From positions 1 through 54,771 of the forward strand of contig JBOHZJ010000490.1 of NCBI GenBank assembly GCA_050738395.1: a DNA stretch of 54,771 nucleotides, read 5' to 3'. Both the position numbers and the translations under genes were made by a program. This DNA is from Steroidobacter sp. Its GTDB lineage: Bacteria; Pseudomonadota; Gammaproteobacteria; Steroidobacterales; Steroidobacteraceae. Below, in pieces: positions 37,946 to 46,974 of the stretch (position 1 is its first letter; each line of letters starts with the position of its first letter). The notes under the pieces are model-generated. The model was not told the DNA's origin. It saw only the letters and a program-made list of their open reading frames with translations, and made no database searches.

Positions 37946-38988
37946 CTCCCCACCACCTCCCTCAGCACATCATCGACGCTCTTGCCGTCCGACTCGGCCT
38001 GATAGTTGGTGAGAACGCGATGCCGCAGCACGGGCAATGCGAGTGCGTGCAGATCATCGTTGGTAACGTGGTAGCGGCCGTCCATCAGGGCGCGCGCTTT
38101 GGCGGCGAGACACAGAAACTGCGTGGCGCGCACGCTGGCGCCATAGCGCACGTAGCGCCGAACTGCATCGGGCGCCGTGGGCTCGAGCGGTCGCGTGGCG
38201 CGCACCAGTTCAACGGCGTGACGGCGCACCTGCGAAGAGACCGGCACCTGACGCACCAGCCACTGGAACTGCATGATCTCCTCGGCGCTCGTGCAGACCT
38301 CGAGCGTCGGCAGGTCCATGCGCGTCGTATTACGGTCGACGACTTCCATTTCGTCTTCGGTGCTCAGGTAGTCGAGCAGCACGTTGAAGAGAAATCGGTC
38401 GAGCTGCGCCTCGGGCAGAGGATAGGTGCCCTCGAGCTCGATGGGGTTCTGCGTCGCGAGCACGAAGAATGGCGGACTGAGCGCATGCGTCGTGCCGCGA
38501 ACCGTGACGGAGTGCTCCTGCATCGCTTCGAGCAATGCAGCCTGGGTCTTCGGCGGCGTGCGGTTCACTTCGTCGGCCAACAACACATTCGTAAAGATCG
38601 GACCGGGCACGAACGTCCAGCGACGATGACCGGTCGTAATGTCTTCCTCGATGATGTCCGTCCCGGTCACATCAGTCGGCATCAGATCGGGCGTGAACTG
38701 AATGCGCTTGAAGGTGAGCCCGAGTGCGGAGGCGAGCGTGCGCACCAGCAGCGTTTTCGCCGTGCCGGGCATGCCGGTGATCAGACAATGTCCGCCCACC
38801 AGCAGCGTGAGCAGCAGATGATCGACCACGTCGTCCTGGCCGACGATGACTCTGCGCACCTGATTGCGGATCGCGGCTATACGGTCGTTGAAGGTGCGTA
38901 CGAGCGCGCGCGCGTCCTGTCCGTCGAGTAAATCGGCTCCCGCACGGCCCCCTGACTGAATTGGCGTATCGGCCACAGCGTCATTCAT
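37942..38988 (-). CDS. moxR: MoxR family AAA+ ATPase
   Basis: Walker A GMPGTAKT, RIQFTPDLMP, Walker B LLADEVNR, ATQNPIE, LPEAQLDRF. Confidence 0.95.
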   Translation of the reverse strand: MNDAVADTPIQSGGRAGADLLDGQDARALVRTFNDRIAAIRNQVRRVIVGQDDVVDHLLLTLLVGGHCLITGMPGTAKTLLVRTLASALGLTFKRIQFTPDLMPTDVTGTDIIEEDITTGHRRWTFVPGPIFTNVLLADEVNRTPPKTQAALLEAMQEHSVTVRGTTHALSPPFFVLATQNPIELEGTYPLPEAQLDRFLFNVLLDYLSTEDEMEVVDRNTTRMDLPTLEVCTSAEEIMQFQWLVRQVPVSSQVRRHAVELVRATRPLEPTAPDAVRRYVRYGASVRATQFLCLAAKARALMDGRYHVTNDDLHALALPVLRHRVLTNYQAESDGKSVDDVLREVVGR

Positions 38989-41512
38989 TACTTGTTTGCT
39001 CCTCGATCATCTGCAGCAGAAAGTCCTGGGCGGGTTTGAAGTGCGGCGCGGCCGCCAACGCATCGAGTACATGACGGCGGCTGGCGGCGTGATCGCCGAG
39101 GGCGTGCAGCGCACGCGCCGCGCCGAAGTGTCCGGGCGCCGGATCATGCGCGCTCAGCGCGAGCAGCACGGTGAATTCGCGCAGCGACCGAAGGTGCTCA
39201 CCGTCGGCAAGCAATCGTTCACCGAGCTGCGCGTGTTGTTCGACGTTGAGCGGATCGACATAGTTGAGCGCACTCAACACCTCGGTTGCCTCAGCCTTGC
39301 GACCAGCTTCATCGAGCCAGCGTGCGAGATCGCGCAGCGCGGTGGGATCCCAGCCGCCGGCGCGCCGATAGGACTGGAGCGCGGCGAGCGCTTCGTCGCG
39401 CCGGCCAAGTTTTTCGAACGCGTGCGCGAGCAGCAGATCCGGACTCCCGGCCCCGATGTGCTCCGGATAGAGCGCGGCGGCCCGACGCGCGGGCTCGATC
39501 GCCGCATCCCACTGCTCGCTCTCGATCGCCTTGCGCGCACGCTGGTACTGCTGTTCCCACTCATTCATGTTCGCGAGCACGGCGGCGAAGCGCGTACGCA
39601 AGAACGCGTCGAATTCCTTATCGAAATTTTCCGCAGAGGTGCGAAAAACCGCTTCCACCGCCTGCGCGGTCGAAACGTTGCGCGTGAACTGGCGCAGCAG
39701 CGCGGCGAGACGTTCGAAGCCCCAGCGTTGCTCGATGAACAGACACACGAGTCCCGCCTGCATGTACGACACCTGCACCTGATTCGGATAGCTCGGGCGG
39801 ATGAAGCCGGAATCGAGTTCGCTGATCGGCAGAAAGCGGCTGTCCTTCAGTGCAGTGATCACATCCGGCGGAACCGACACTCCGGGCGTCGGCCCAGTGC
39901 GCCATTCCTCGAACACGGAAATGCCTTCGCTCAACCAGCGCGGCACGCGATGATCAGTAGCTTCAAGCGTGAAGACATGCGCCATTTCATGCCATAACGT
40001 GCTGCCCCAGTGAAATTCGCCCGCCGCGCGTCCTGACGGACTGTCCATCGCCACCAGATAGCCGAAAGTGACGCCGAGCAGGCCGATGCCAGGCAGCGCG
40101 GCGACGCGCACCGCGAAGTCATCGTGATCCGGATAGAGTTCGAGCGTCACGGGCTCGCGCAGCGTGAAGCCGTAGCGCCGCGAGAATTGCTCGATGCTCT
40201 GCTGTGCAAGTTCCAGCAGGTAGGGCCGCAGCGCCTGCGCCTCTTTGCGATGCAATCGCAGCCGCACATCGAAGCTTTCGCCGCTCACGCTGACCGGCGT
40301 CGTCGTCAGCTCGAAATCGTCGATGCGATCCAGCAGGCGCAGTGAATTGACCGTGGTGGGGCTGTACGGATCGCCCGAATAGGCCTTGGTCAGGTGCGAG
40401 CGCGCCTCCACCAGATTGCCGAGGCGCAGGAGATTCGCGCCAAGCTCGGCGTGTGCGGACCACAAGTCCGGCTGCACCTCGACCGCGCGCCGCAGCAGCG
40501 CCGTGGCCTCGCGATAGCGCCGTCGCACGATTTCGAAGTGGGCCAGTTGTTCGAAAATCGCGCCGTAGCGCGGGTTGTACTCGAGCGCACGTTCGATCCA
40601 CGCATCAGGACTGCGCTCGCGCGACAACTCCAGTGCGGCGCGCAGTGCATGTACTTCGAGCGGCGGCAGTTTCTGCCGGGAAGCGAGTTGCCTTGCACGA
40701 TCGAGGGAGCGCTCTGCAGCCGCGAACTGCCCTTCCTCGAGCGACATGCGCGCGGCGAGCAGATGCGCCTCAAGCAGTTCGTCATCGTGCTGCAGCACCT
40801 CTTCGAGGAGCGGCTTTGCCTGTTCGTCGAAGCGCTCGGCGAAAACATGGGCGAGGCCGAGTTTGGCGTGTACATCGTTCGGAAAAGTCGCCAGCGCTTC
40901 GCGAAACAGTGCGACCGCATCGGCGTACTGATGGGTCTGCAGGAACAGACGGCCCCAACGCACCCGCGGCTGAACGGCTCGCTTGCTGGACTGCACGACG
41001 CGCCTGAATAGTTCGTTGGCGCTGCGAATATCGCCGATCGCCCAGGCTGCTTCGGCCTGCGTCGTCAGGTTCGAGGCGCCGAGCAATTGCGCGTAGCACT
41101 GGCGTGCCTGATCAATTCGCCCATGATGTTGATGTTCGTCGCAGGCGCGCAGTTCTTCAGGCCGGCGCGGATCGTAGTCAATGGACTGGGCGCTCGCGCC
41201 GTGGGGTGCAACGATGCAAACGGCGCAAGAAAAGAGGACAGCCGCGACGCCGGCGCTGCGCCGGATCCTCCTGCTGTCAACCGGAATTCGCGGAACCCTC
41301 ACCCTAACCCTCTCCCTGGAGGGAGAGGGGATGACTTCTGTCGCCGTTCTCTCAACTGAACGGATCGTTTCCGTCACCTCTCCATTAGCGGAAGGGATTG
41401 TTTCCGTCACCTCTCCATTAGCGGAAGGGATTAAAGTTTCCGTCACCTCTCCCTCCTGGGAGAGGTCGGACGAAGTCCGGGTGAGGGTCTGCGGGTATCG
41501 CGCGCTCCTCAT
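38981..41512 (-). CDS. TPR-repeat protein with HExxH zinc metallopeptidase (MA-like) domain
   Basis: Multiple TPRs, WHEMAH followed by PRWLSEG; signal-like segment preceded by a repeat-derived N-terminal extension. Confidence 0.85.
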   Translation of the reverse strand: MRSARYPQTLTRTSSDLSQEGEVTETLIPSANGEVTETIPSANGEVTETIRSVERTATEVIPSPSRERVRVRVPRIPVDSRRIRRSAGVAAVLFSCAVCIVAPHGASAQSIDYDPRRPEELRACDEHQHHGRIDQARQCYAQLLGASNLTTQAEAAWAIGDIRSANELFRRVVQSSKRAVQPRVRWGRLFLQTHQYADAVALFREALATFPNDVHAKLGLAHVFAERFDEQAKPLLEEVLQHDDELLEAHLLAARMSLEEGQFAAAERSLDRARQLASRQKLPPLEVHALRAALELSRERSPDAWIERALEYNPRYGAIFEQLAHFEIVRRRYREATALLRRAVEVQPDLWSAHAELGANLLRLGNLVEARSHLTKAYSGDPYSPTTVNSLRLLDRIDDFELTTTPVSVSGESFDVRLRLHRKEAQALRPYLLELAQQSIEQFSRRYGFTLREPVTLELYPDHDDFAVRVAALPGIGLLGVTFGYLVAMDSPSGRAAGEFHWGSTLWHEMAHVFTLEATDHRVPRWLSEGISVFEEWRTGPTPGVSVPPDVITALKDSRFLPISELDSGFIRPSYPNQVQVSYMQAGLVCLFIEQRWGFERLAALLRQFTRNVSTAQAVEAVFRTSAENFDKEFDAFLRTRFAAVLANMNEWEQQYQRARKAIESEQWDAAIEPARRAAALYPEHIGAGSPDLLLAHAFEKLGRRDEALAALQSYRRAGGWDPTALRDLARWLDEAGRKAEATEVLSALNYVDPLNVEQHAQLGERLLADGEHLRSLREFTVLLALSAHDPAPGHFGAARALHALGDHAASRRHVLDALAAAPHFKPAQDFLLQMIEEQTSNE
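41296..41488. repeat. Composite element: inverted REP-like hairpins enclosing 33-bp tandem repeats
   Basis: Arms 41296-41331 and 41446-41488; GTTTCCGTCACCTCTCCATTAGCGGAAGGGATT at 41367-41399 and 41400-41432, partial copy at 41436-41452. Confidence 0.9.
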
Positions 41513-42519
41513 CCGTCGCTCCCCAGCGTCGCCTGCTTCGCGTCAATCTGCCGCTGCAGCAATGCGAGTTTCACCAGCACGCCTTCCAGGTCGTCGTAGT
41601 AAGCCTCTTCGACGAGCGTCGGCTTGCGCTCCTTGACGGCAGTCAACTCCAGCTCGAGCGCGCCGCGTTGTTTGAGCAGCGCCGCGATCTCCGGATCGCC
41701 GGAGGACGCGCGCGCCGCGCCGAAACGGGCGATGGCGAAGCGCTCGGCGCCATCGCCTTCCAGACGGGCGTGTTCGGTCGCGAGCGACACGTCGGCCTTG
41801 AACGCGGCTTCCACTTGTCGACTTGCATAGTCGAACGCCTCGGCGGCCGTCACGAGGTCGTCCTTGTTCACATCGGCTGCACTGGTTGAGGCGGCTTGCG
41901 CCCAATGCTGCGCGAAGCGGGTTGCGGTGCGCTCGCCGCCGCCCTTTGTCGCTGTAATGATCAGGCGCCCATCGCGTTTCCAGCGATCGATCGTCGCGCC
42001 GCTTGCGCTCGTGGCGTTCACGATCAGTTGATTGCGCGCCGGCAGTTGCTCGAACAACGCACCAAGCTCCGTGGCGGTCAGATCGGGGCCTGGCAAATTG
42101 AAGCGATATTCCTCGCCATCGAAACTGCCGTGCCCAATCAGCACGATAGTGATCGTATCGTCGGCGTTCATCTCTTGTGCGAGGTCGGTGAGCGCGCGAC
42201 GCACCGCCTCCTGCGTGACCTGTTCGCCGCTGAGCGCAACAACGTGGGATTCTTCGGCGGCCGACTTGCGAGCGGCGTCCGCGATGGCGTTCGCCTGTTG
42301 CCGAAAGCGGGCGTCGTATTCCGGCTCACCGCCGAGGCCGGAGACGATGAAGGTGTGGTCGGCGGCTGAAATCTGCGATGAGGCAAACGTGGAAGCCAAC
42401 AACACAAACAATGTTCCCAAACGGCTACAGGCTACGGGGGACAGGCGACGGTCAGCAAAGAAAGCAGCAGTCGCTCTCGCTGTCGCCTGTAGCCTGTAGC
42501 CTGTCGCCTCTCCTCTCAC
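41509..42519 (-). CDS. Exported caspase-like / peptidase C13-fold protein with C-terminal coiled coil
   Basis: VSGLGG, IVLIGHGS, LIVNATSASG, ITATK, DVNKDDLVTAAEAF; GTG overlaps the upstream TGA. Confidence 0.7.
   Translation of the reverse strand: MRGEATGYRLQATARATAAFFADRRLSPVACSRLGTLFVLLASTFASSQISAADHTFIVSGLGGEPEYDARFRQQANAIADAARKSAAEESHVVALSGEQVTQEAVRRALTDLAQEMNADDTITIVLIGHGSFDGEEYRFNLPGPDLTATELGALFEQLPARNQLIVNATSASGATIDRWKRDGRLIITATKGGGERTATRFAQHWAQAASTSAADVNKDDLVTAAEAFDYASRQVEAAFKADVSLATEHARLEGDGAERFAIARFGAARASSGDPEIAALLKQRGALELELTAVKERKPTLVEEAYYDDLEGVLVKLALLQRQIDAKQATLGSDG
42421..42509. repeat. Inverted heptamer tandem-repeat element inside a 5' coding region
   Basis: ACGGCT ACAGGCT ACGGGGG ACAGGCG ... 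CGCCTGT AGCCTGT AGCCTGT CGCCT. Confidence 0.8.
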
Positions 42520-44756
42520 AGCCTTCCCCATCGCAGCCTCAGCAACCACTCGGCGAGCTTCAGTGTGAGCAGTACGAGGAAGACGATCGGCAGGTTCCAT
42601 AGGTCGAGCGTTTGACGCTCGACGACGCCGGCCCTGGAGTAGGGAATCGCAGCGGCCAGCCCATCGAGATCATCGAGACTCCAGTAGCGACCGCCGGTGA
42701 TCGCGGCGATGCGCTCGAGCACGTCGCGATGCTGATGGATGGCGAAGTGTTCGGCGACGCCGTCATTGCGCAGGACGTGTGCGACGGCGACGCCGATTTC
42801 TTCACCGCCAGCCTTTGCAGTCATGTCGATTCGATACAAACCTGTGGACGCCGCATCGATGGTTGCGGTGTAGCGGCCATCTCCCTGTCCTGAAGGCTGC
42901 ATCATCTGTACCAACGACGGGTCGCGCTCGGGAGCGATGCGAAGTTCGACGTCGGCGTCGTCGATCGGTTCAAAGCGCTCGTTGCGCAACTGCGCCTCGA
43001 GCGTGACGCTGCGTTCATCGTCATAAACCACGCGTTCGCTTGCGAGGGCGGCGCGCGGCGGAGCACTGGCCGCGAGCGCATGCAATAACTGTCGCCAGAA
43101 CGTCTCGTGGCTCTGATCTTCCGGCGGCAAATGCATCTGCCAGCGCAGCGTGCTCGCGGTGCCCAGAACGAACGTTGCGCCGCGACCATAGTGCTGCCAC
43201 GCAAGCAGTGGGGCGCGGTTGCGTCCGGCGGCGGCCTCGAGCAGGACGACGGCGCCGGGCTTCAGGCGCCCAAGGGTCTGCCAATCGGCCAGCGCTGGTA
43301 AGTTTTTCCAGCGGTCCGCATTGCGCCTTGCATCGTCGTCGAGGCGCGCGATCGAGGACTCGACCCCATAGGCGGTCGGTTGTGCATGCGCCGTGCGCTG
43401 CACAAAGCTTCCCGCCTGTTTTACTGGCAGCTGCACCGGCAGAGTGTCTGCGAGCGCAACATTCTGCCAACCGCCCGCGGACAGACCGTAGCGTCCCGCC
43501 AGCATCAGCACCGAGCCGCCGCGCCGGTCGACGAATTCCTTCAATAAGCGATGCTGCTCGGAACGCAGACTGGCCGCTTCATAGCTACCAATGATGACGG
43601 CGTCGTAGGCGAACAACTCCTCGGCGGTCGACGGGAACCCATCGATCAGCTCGGCGGGAGAATTCACGCCCTGCCGATAATGTTTGTTGGGCGTCGTTCG
43701 CACCAGGCTGGCGACGCGCAGTGCGCGATCACGATCGACAGCACGCCGGAGAAATTTATACTCCCAGCGCGGTTCGCCTTCGACATACAGGACGCTGCGC
43801 TTGCCGACGGGCACGTTCACGACCCGCGTGCGCGTGTTGTTGACGACGTTGCGTTCGGACTCGAGCGGATCCAGCGTGAACCGCAGTTGGTGTGCGCCGG
43901 CTTCGGGGGGCGGCAGATCGACTGAGACAGTCGTGACCCCCAGCTGCGAGTCCAGCTTCAGCTCGCGGGCGGCGATCAATTCATCGCGATCGTAGACGCG
44001 CAGGCGGGTGGTTGCATTCGCGTCGTGGCGTACGCTCAACTCAGCACTGATCTTGGCGCCGGCCGGTGCGCTCGCAGCGACATCGACGCGTTCGAGTTCC
44101 AGATCATTGGCGATTTTTTCCGGCCCGACGCCAACCGTGTGTACGGGCACGCCATATGAAGCGATATGCGCGAGATGCTCCTCGCTCAACGACGCGCCGT
44201 TCTCCGCGCCGTCGCTCACGAGCACGACGGCGGCCAACGGCGCGCTTCCCGCATTCTGCAGGACCTCTGTGAGCGCATCGCCGATTCGCGTCTGCGCGCC
44301 GCTTGCCGGCGCGCCATCGACAGCTTCGAGCGGCGTGGCCGTTTGTGAGAAGCCGAACAGTCGCAGCTCGAACGTGTCTTCCATGCGCGCCAACGCGCCT
44401 TCGCGCAGCGCCGCCACAGCCTGCTGCAGACGCGACTGCTCGCCCTCGCCATAGCTCATGCTCGCCGAAGCGTCGAGTGCGAGCGCGAGAACGTTTTCCC
44501 GATCACGCACGCGTTCGACGTTGAGCACAGGCCGCCACAACAGACACAGCACGAGCGCAAGCAGCATCGTTTGCAACGCGCCGATCGAAACCAGCTTGCG
44601 CCAGCCGAGCAAACGCCGGCGTTGCAGAGTGAGCGCGATCAGGGCTGCGCCGATCAGGATCGATGCGATGAGCAGCCAGCGCGGCCACGCGCTTGCGAAT
44701 GCGAAAGCGCCGCTTCGATACGCCCAGAAAGGATGAGTGAAAAGCAGCTCGAACAC
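42516..44756 (-). CDS. Membrane-anchored vWA plus glutamine-amidotransferase-like domain protein
   Basis: Two N-terminal TMs, MIDAS DASAS, VSDG, VLYVEGEPRWEYKFLRR, FVDRRGGSVLMLAG, YGRG, C-terminal EWLLRLRWG. GTG start with SD AGGAAG. Confidence 0.85.
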   Translation of the reverse strand: MFELLFTHPFWAYRSGAFAFASAWPRWLLIASILIGAALIALTLQRRRLLGWRKLVSIGALQTMLLALVLCLLWRPVLNVERVRDRENVLALALDASASMSYGEGEQSRLQQAVAALREGALARMEDTFELRLFGFSQTATPLEAVDGAPASGAQTRIGDALTEVLQNAGSAPLAAVVLVSDGAENGASLSEEHLAHIASYGVPVHTVGVGPEKIANDLELERVDVAASAPAGAKISAELSVRHDANATTRLRVYDRDELIAARELKLDSQLGVTTVSVDLPPPEAGAHQLRFTLDPLESERNVVNNTRTRVVNVPVGKRSVLYVEGEPRWEYKFLRRAVDRDRALRVASLVRTTPNKHYRQGVNSPAELIDGFPSTAEELFAYDAVIIGSYEAASLRSEQHRLLKEFVDRRGGSVLMLAGRYGLSAGGWQNVALADTLPVQLPVKQAGSFVQRTAHAQPTAYGVESSIARLDDDARRNADRWKNLPALADWQTLGRLKPGAVVLLEAAAGRNRAPLLAWQHYGRGATFVLGTASTLRWQMHLPPEDQSHETFWRQLLHALAASAPPRAALASERVVYDDERSVTLEAQLRNERFEPIDDADVELRIAPERDPSLVQMMQPSGQGDGRYTATIDAASTGLYRIDMTAKAGGEEIGVAVAHVLRNDGVAEHFAIHQHRDVLERIAAITGGRYWSLDDLDGLAAAIPYSRAGVVERQTLDLWNLPIVFLVLLTLKLAEWLLRLRWGRL

Positions 44757-44964
44757 CTTCCTGTAATAGAGGAAGGGCACGCGTTGGCGCAAGCGCGGAA
44801 TGTGCAAAGAAAGCTCTTTTGGAGCCGCGCACGCACGGTGCAAGCGGCAACTACTTACGGAACTGTTCCGCGGGTGCGTCGGTTAGGCGCCTACAGCCTG
44901 AGAACTGGGCTGGATTGAAATCGCCTGCCGTTCCGACGGCCCCCGCCCGGCAAGGAGACGCTGA

Positions 44965-46509
44965 ATGAGATTGGATGTCCGCCGGCGTTCCCGGCTCTGG
45001 TTTATCGCTGCATTACTTTCGCTCTCGCCAACCTCCTTCGCTGAAAATCCAGTCGCCTCCGCGGAAGATGCGTTCGGTCCACATCGGGCGAATCTACAGC
45101 ACACGTACGTCCAACGGCGGCCATCCACCCCGCCGGGCGGCTCGACGCTCGACTCGGTCATTCACTGGAATCGGATTGCAATCGATGCAAGCGGGCTCGA
45201 TCACACGCCGCCCGCACCTGGCGAGACGCGCACCTTTGGTGAACACCTGGGTCCGGGACGCGCCAGCCGCGCGATGGCGATCGTGCAAATTGCGGTTTTC
45301 GAAGCGATGAACGCGACTCAGGGCGGTTATCGAAGCTATGTTGGATTGCCAACGGTTCACCGCTATTTCAGTCGGTACGTCTCTAGCGAAGCGGCTATCG
45401 CACAGGCGGCTCACGATACGCTCATCGCCATGTTTCCCTCGCAGAGGGCGATCCTCGATGCGCAGCTGAGCCAATCTCTTCAGCTGGTTCGCGATCCGTT
45501 CGCCCGGCAGGCCGGGGCGCTGCTCGGCGCGGCCGCGGCGCGTCTGATTCTCAGGAAGCGCGCCGGAGACGGCGCCGACCATGCCGAACCGCACCTGGAT
45601 ACCGACTTCGTCATGAGCGACAAGGCCGGCTGGTGGCGTCAGGACCCCGTCAGCCAGGTTCCGATCGCAATGGGCGCTAACTGGGGTCATGTGCGCCCCT
45701 TCGTGATGAAGAAGCCGCATCAGTTCCGTGTGCCGCCGCCGCCAGCAATGGACAGCGCCGAGTACACCGCGGCTTACGAAGAAGTCGTGAGGCTCGGGGG
45801 CGACGGCGTCATCACGCCAACACAACGCACGGCGGAGCAGACGCACATCGGCACATATTGGGCTTACGACGGAACCCCGAGCCTCTGCGCCCCTTCGCGC
45901 ATGTACAACCAGATCGTCGTGCACATCGCGCAGCAGATGAACTCGAGCGCGATTGAAACGGCGCGCCTCCTCGCGCTGGTGAATGTCTCGCTGGCCGACG
46001 CGGGAATCGCGGGCTGGGAATCGAAGTACTACTACCAGGTGTGGCGACCCATCACAGCAATCCGCGAGGCCGATGAGGGTACGGGTCCTTCAGGCACGGG
46101 GGACGGCAACCCTTACACGATAGGCGACGCCACGTTCATGCCGCTGGGCGCGCCGGCGAGCAACCTGACGGGCCCGAACTTTACGCCGCCGTTCCCGGCA
46201 TATCCTTCCGGACACGCAACCTTCGGCGGGGCGCTGTTTCAGACGCTGCGGCGCTTCTACAAGACAGATGACGTTGCATTCACGTTCGTCTCGGACGAAT
46301 ACAACGGCGCGACCGTCGACAACACCGGTCAGACGCGACCGCTCAAACCCCGCAGCTTCGCTTCGTTCTCGCAGGCTGAAGAGGAGAACGCGCGTAGCCG
46401 TATCTACCTGGGAATTCATTGGTCTTTCGATGCGACCGAGGGCATGACGCAGGGCGAGCAGATTGGCGACTACGTGTTCGACCGCGTATTCACTCCAGTG
46501 AAGCGCTAA
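44965..46509 (+). CDS. Secreted vanadium-dependent haloperoxidase (chloroperoxidase-type)
   Basis: Signal peptide; vanadate motifs KYYYQVWRP, PPFPAYPSGHATFGG, RSRIYLGIHW. Confidence 0.9.
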   Translation: MRLDVRRRSRLWFIAALLSLSPTSFAENPVASAEDAFGPHRANLQHTYVQRRPSTPPGGSTLDSVIHWNRIAIDASGLDHTPPAPGETRTFGEHLGPGRASRAMAIVQIAVFEAMNATQGGYRSYVGLPTVHRYFSRYVSSEAAIAQAAHDTLIAMFPSQRAILDAQLSQSLQLVRDPFARQAGALLGAAAARLILRKRAGDGADHAEPHLDTDFVMSDKAGWWRQDPVSQVPIAMGANWGHVRPFVMKKPHQFRVPPPPAMDSAEYTAAYEEVVRLGGDGVITPTQRTAEQTHIGTYWAYDGTPSLCAPSRMYNQIVVHIAQQMNSSAIETARLLALVNVSLADAGIAGWESKYYYQVWRPITAIREADEGTGPSGTGDGNPYTIGDATFMPLGAPASNLTGPNFTPPFPAYPSGHATFGGALFQTLRRFYKTDDVAFTFVSDEYNGATVDNTGQTRPLKPRSFASFSQAEEENARSRIYLGIHWSFDATEGMTQGEQIGDYVFDRVFTPVKR

Positions 46510-46585
46510 GGGGCCGTCGATAGCGGAACCCGCCCGGAGTTCATGCGTACTGACTCTAACAAGCAACCAACACCAAGGAACTCGC

Positions 46586-46969
46586 ATGGCTGGCGGGAGC
46601 GGCTCCCTGCATGAAAGGGCTGATCACCTGCGACCCGAAACGATCGACCGCCACCGCGCGGTCGTCTCGATCATGGAAGAGCTCGAGGCGATCGACTGGT
46701 ACGACCAGCGAATCGACGCCGCGAGCGATCAGCAGTTGCAAGAAATCCTCGCGCACAACCGCGATGAGGAGAAGGAACACGCGGCCATGACGATCGAGTG
46801 GCTGCGACGTCACGATCAGAAGCTCGATGAACATCTGCGCACCTATCTGTTTACGGAAAAGCCGCTGCTGCAGGTCGAGCACGAAGCGGAGCAGGACGAG
46901 CCGTCGGACCAATCATCAGTGAGCGATGCGGGTGATGGCTGTCTCGGGATTGGCAGCCTGCGCGTCTGA
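46586..46969 (+). CDS. Encapsulin-associated ferritin-like protein (EncFtn/Flp cargo)
   Basis: MEELEAIDWYDQR, HNRDEEKEH; C-terminal targeting peptide GDGCLGIGSLR. Confidence 0.95.
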   Translation: MAGGSGSLHERADHLRPETIDRHRAVVSIMEELEAIDWYDQRIDAASDQQLQEILAHNRDEEKEHAAMTIEWLRRHDQKLDEHLRTYLFTEKPLLQVEHEAEQDEPSDQSSVSDAGDGCLGIGSLRV

Positions 46970-46974
46970 TCAAC

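Noticed and set aside
41367..41452. 33-bp direct repeats as a CRISPR array
   Set aside because: Repeats are contiguous (0-3 bp between them), have no unique spacers, and no cas genes are present.
44876..44892. GTTAGGC as an attC core before the haloperoxidase
   Set aside because: No upstream inverse core or paired arms; a lone heptamer is expected by chance.
44965..46509. Haloperoxidase as encapsulin cargo
   Set aside because: It has an N-terminal signal peptide and lacks an LxIGSL-type targeting peptide, which the adjacent ferritin-like protein has.
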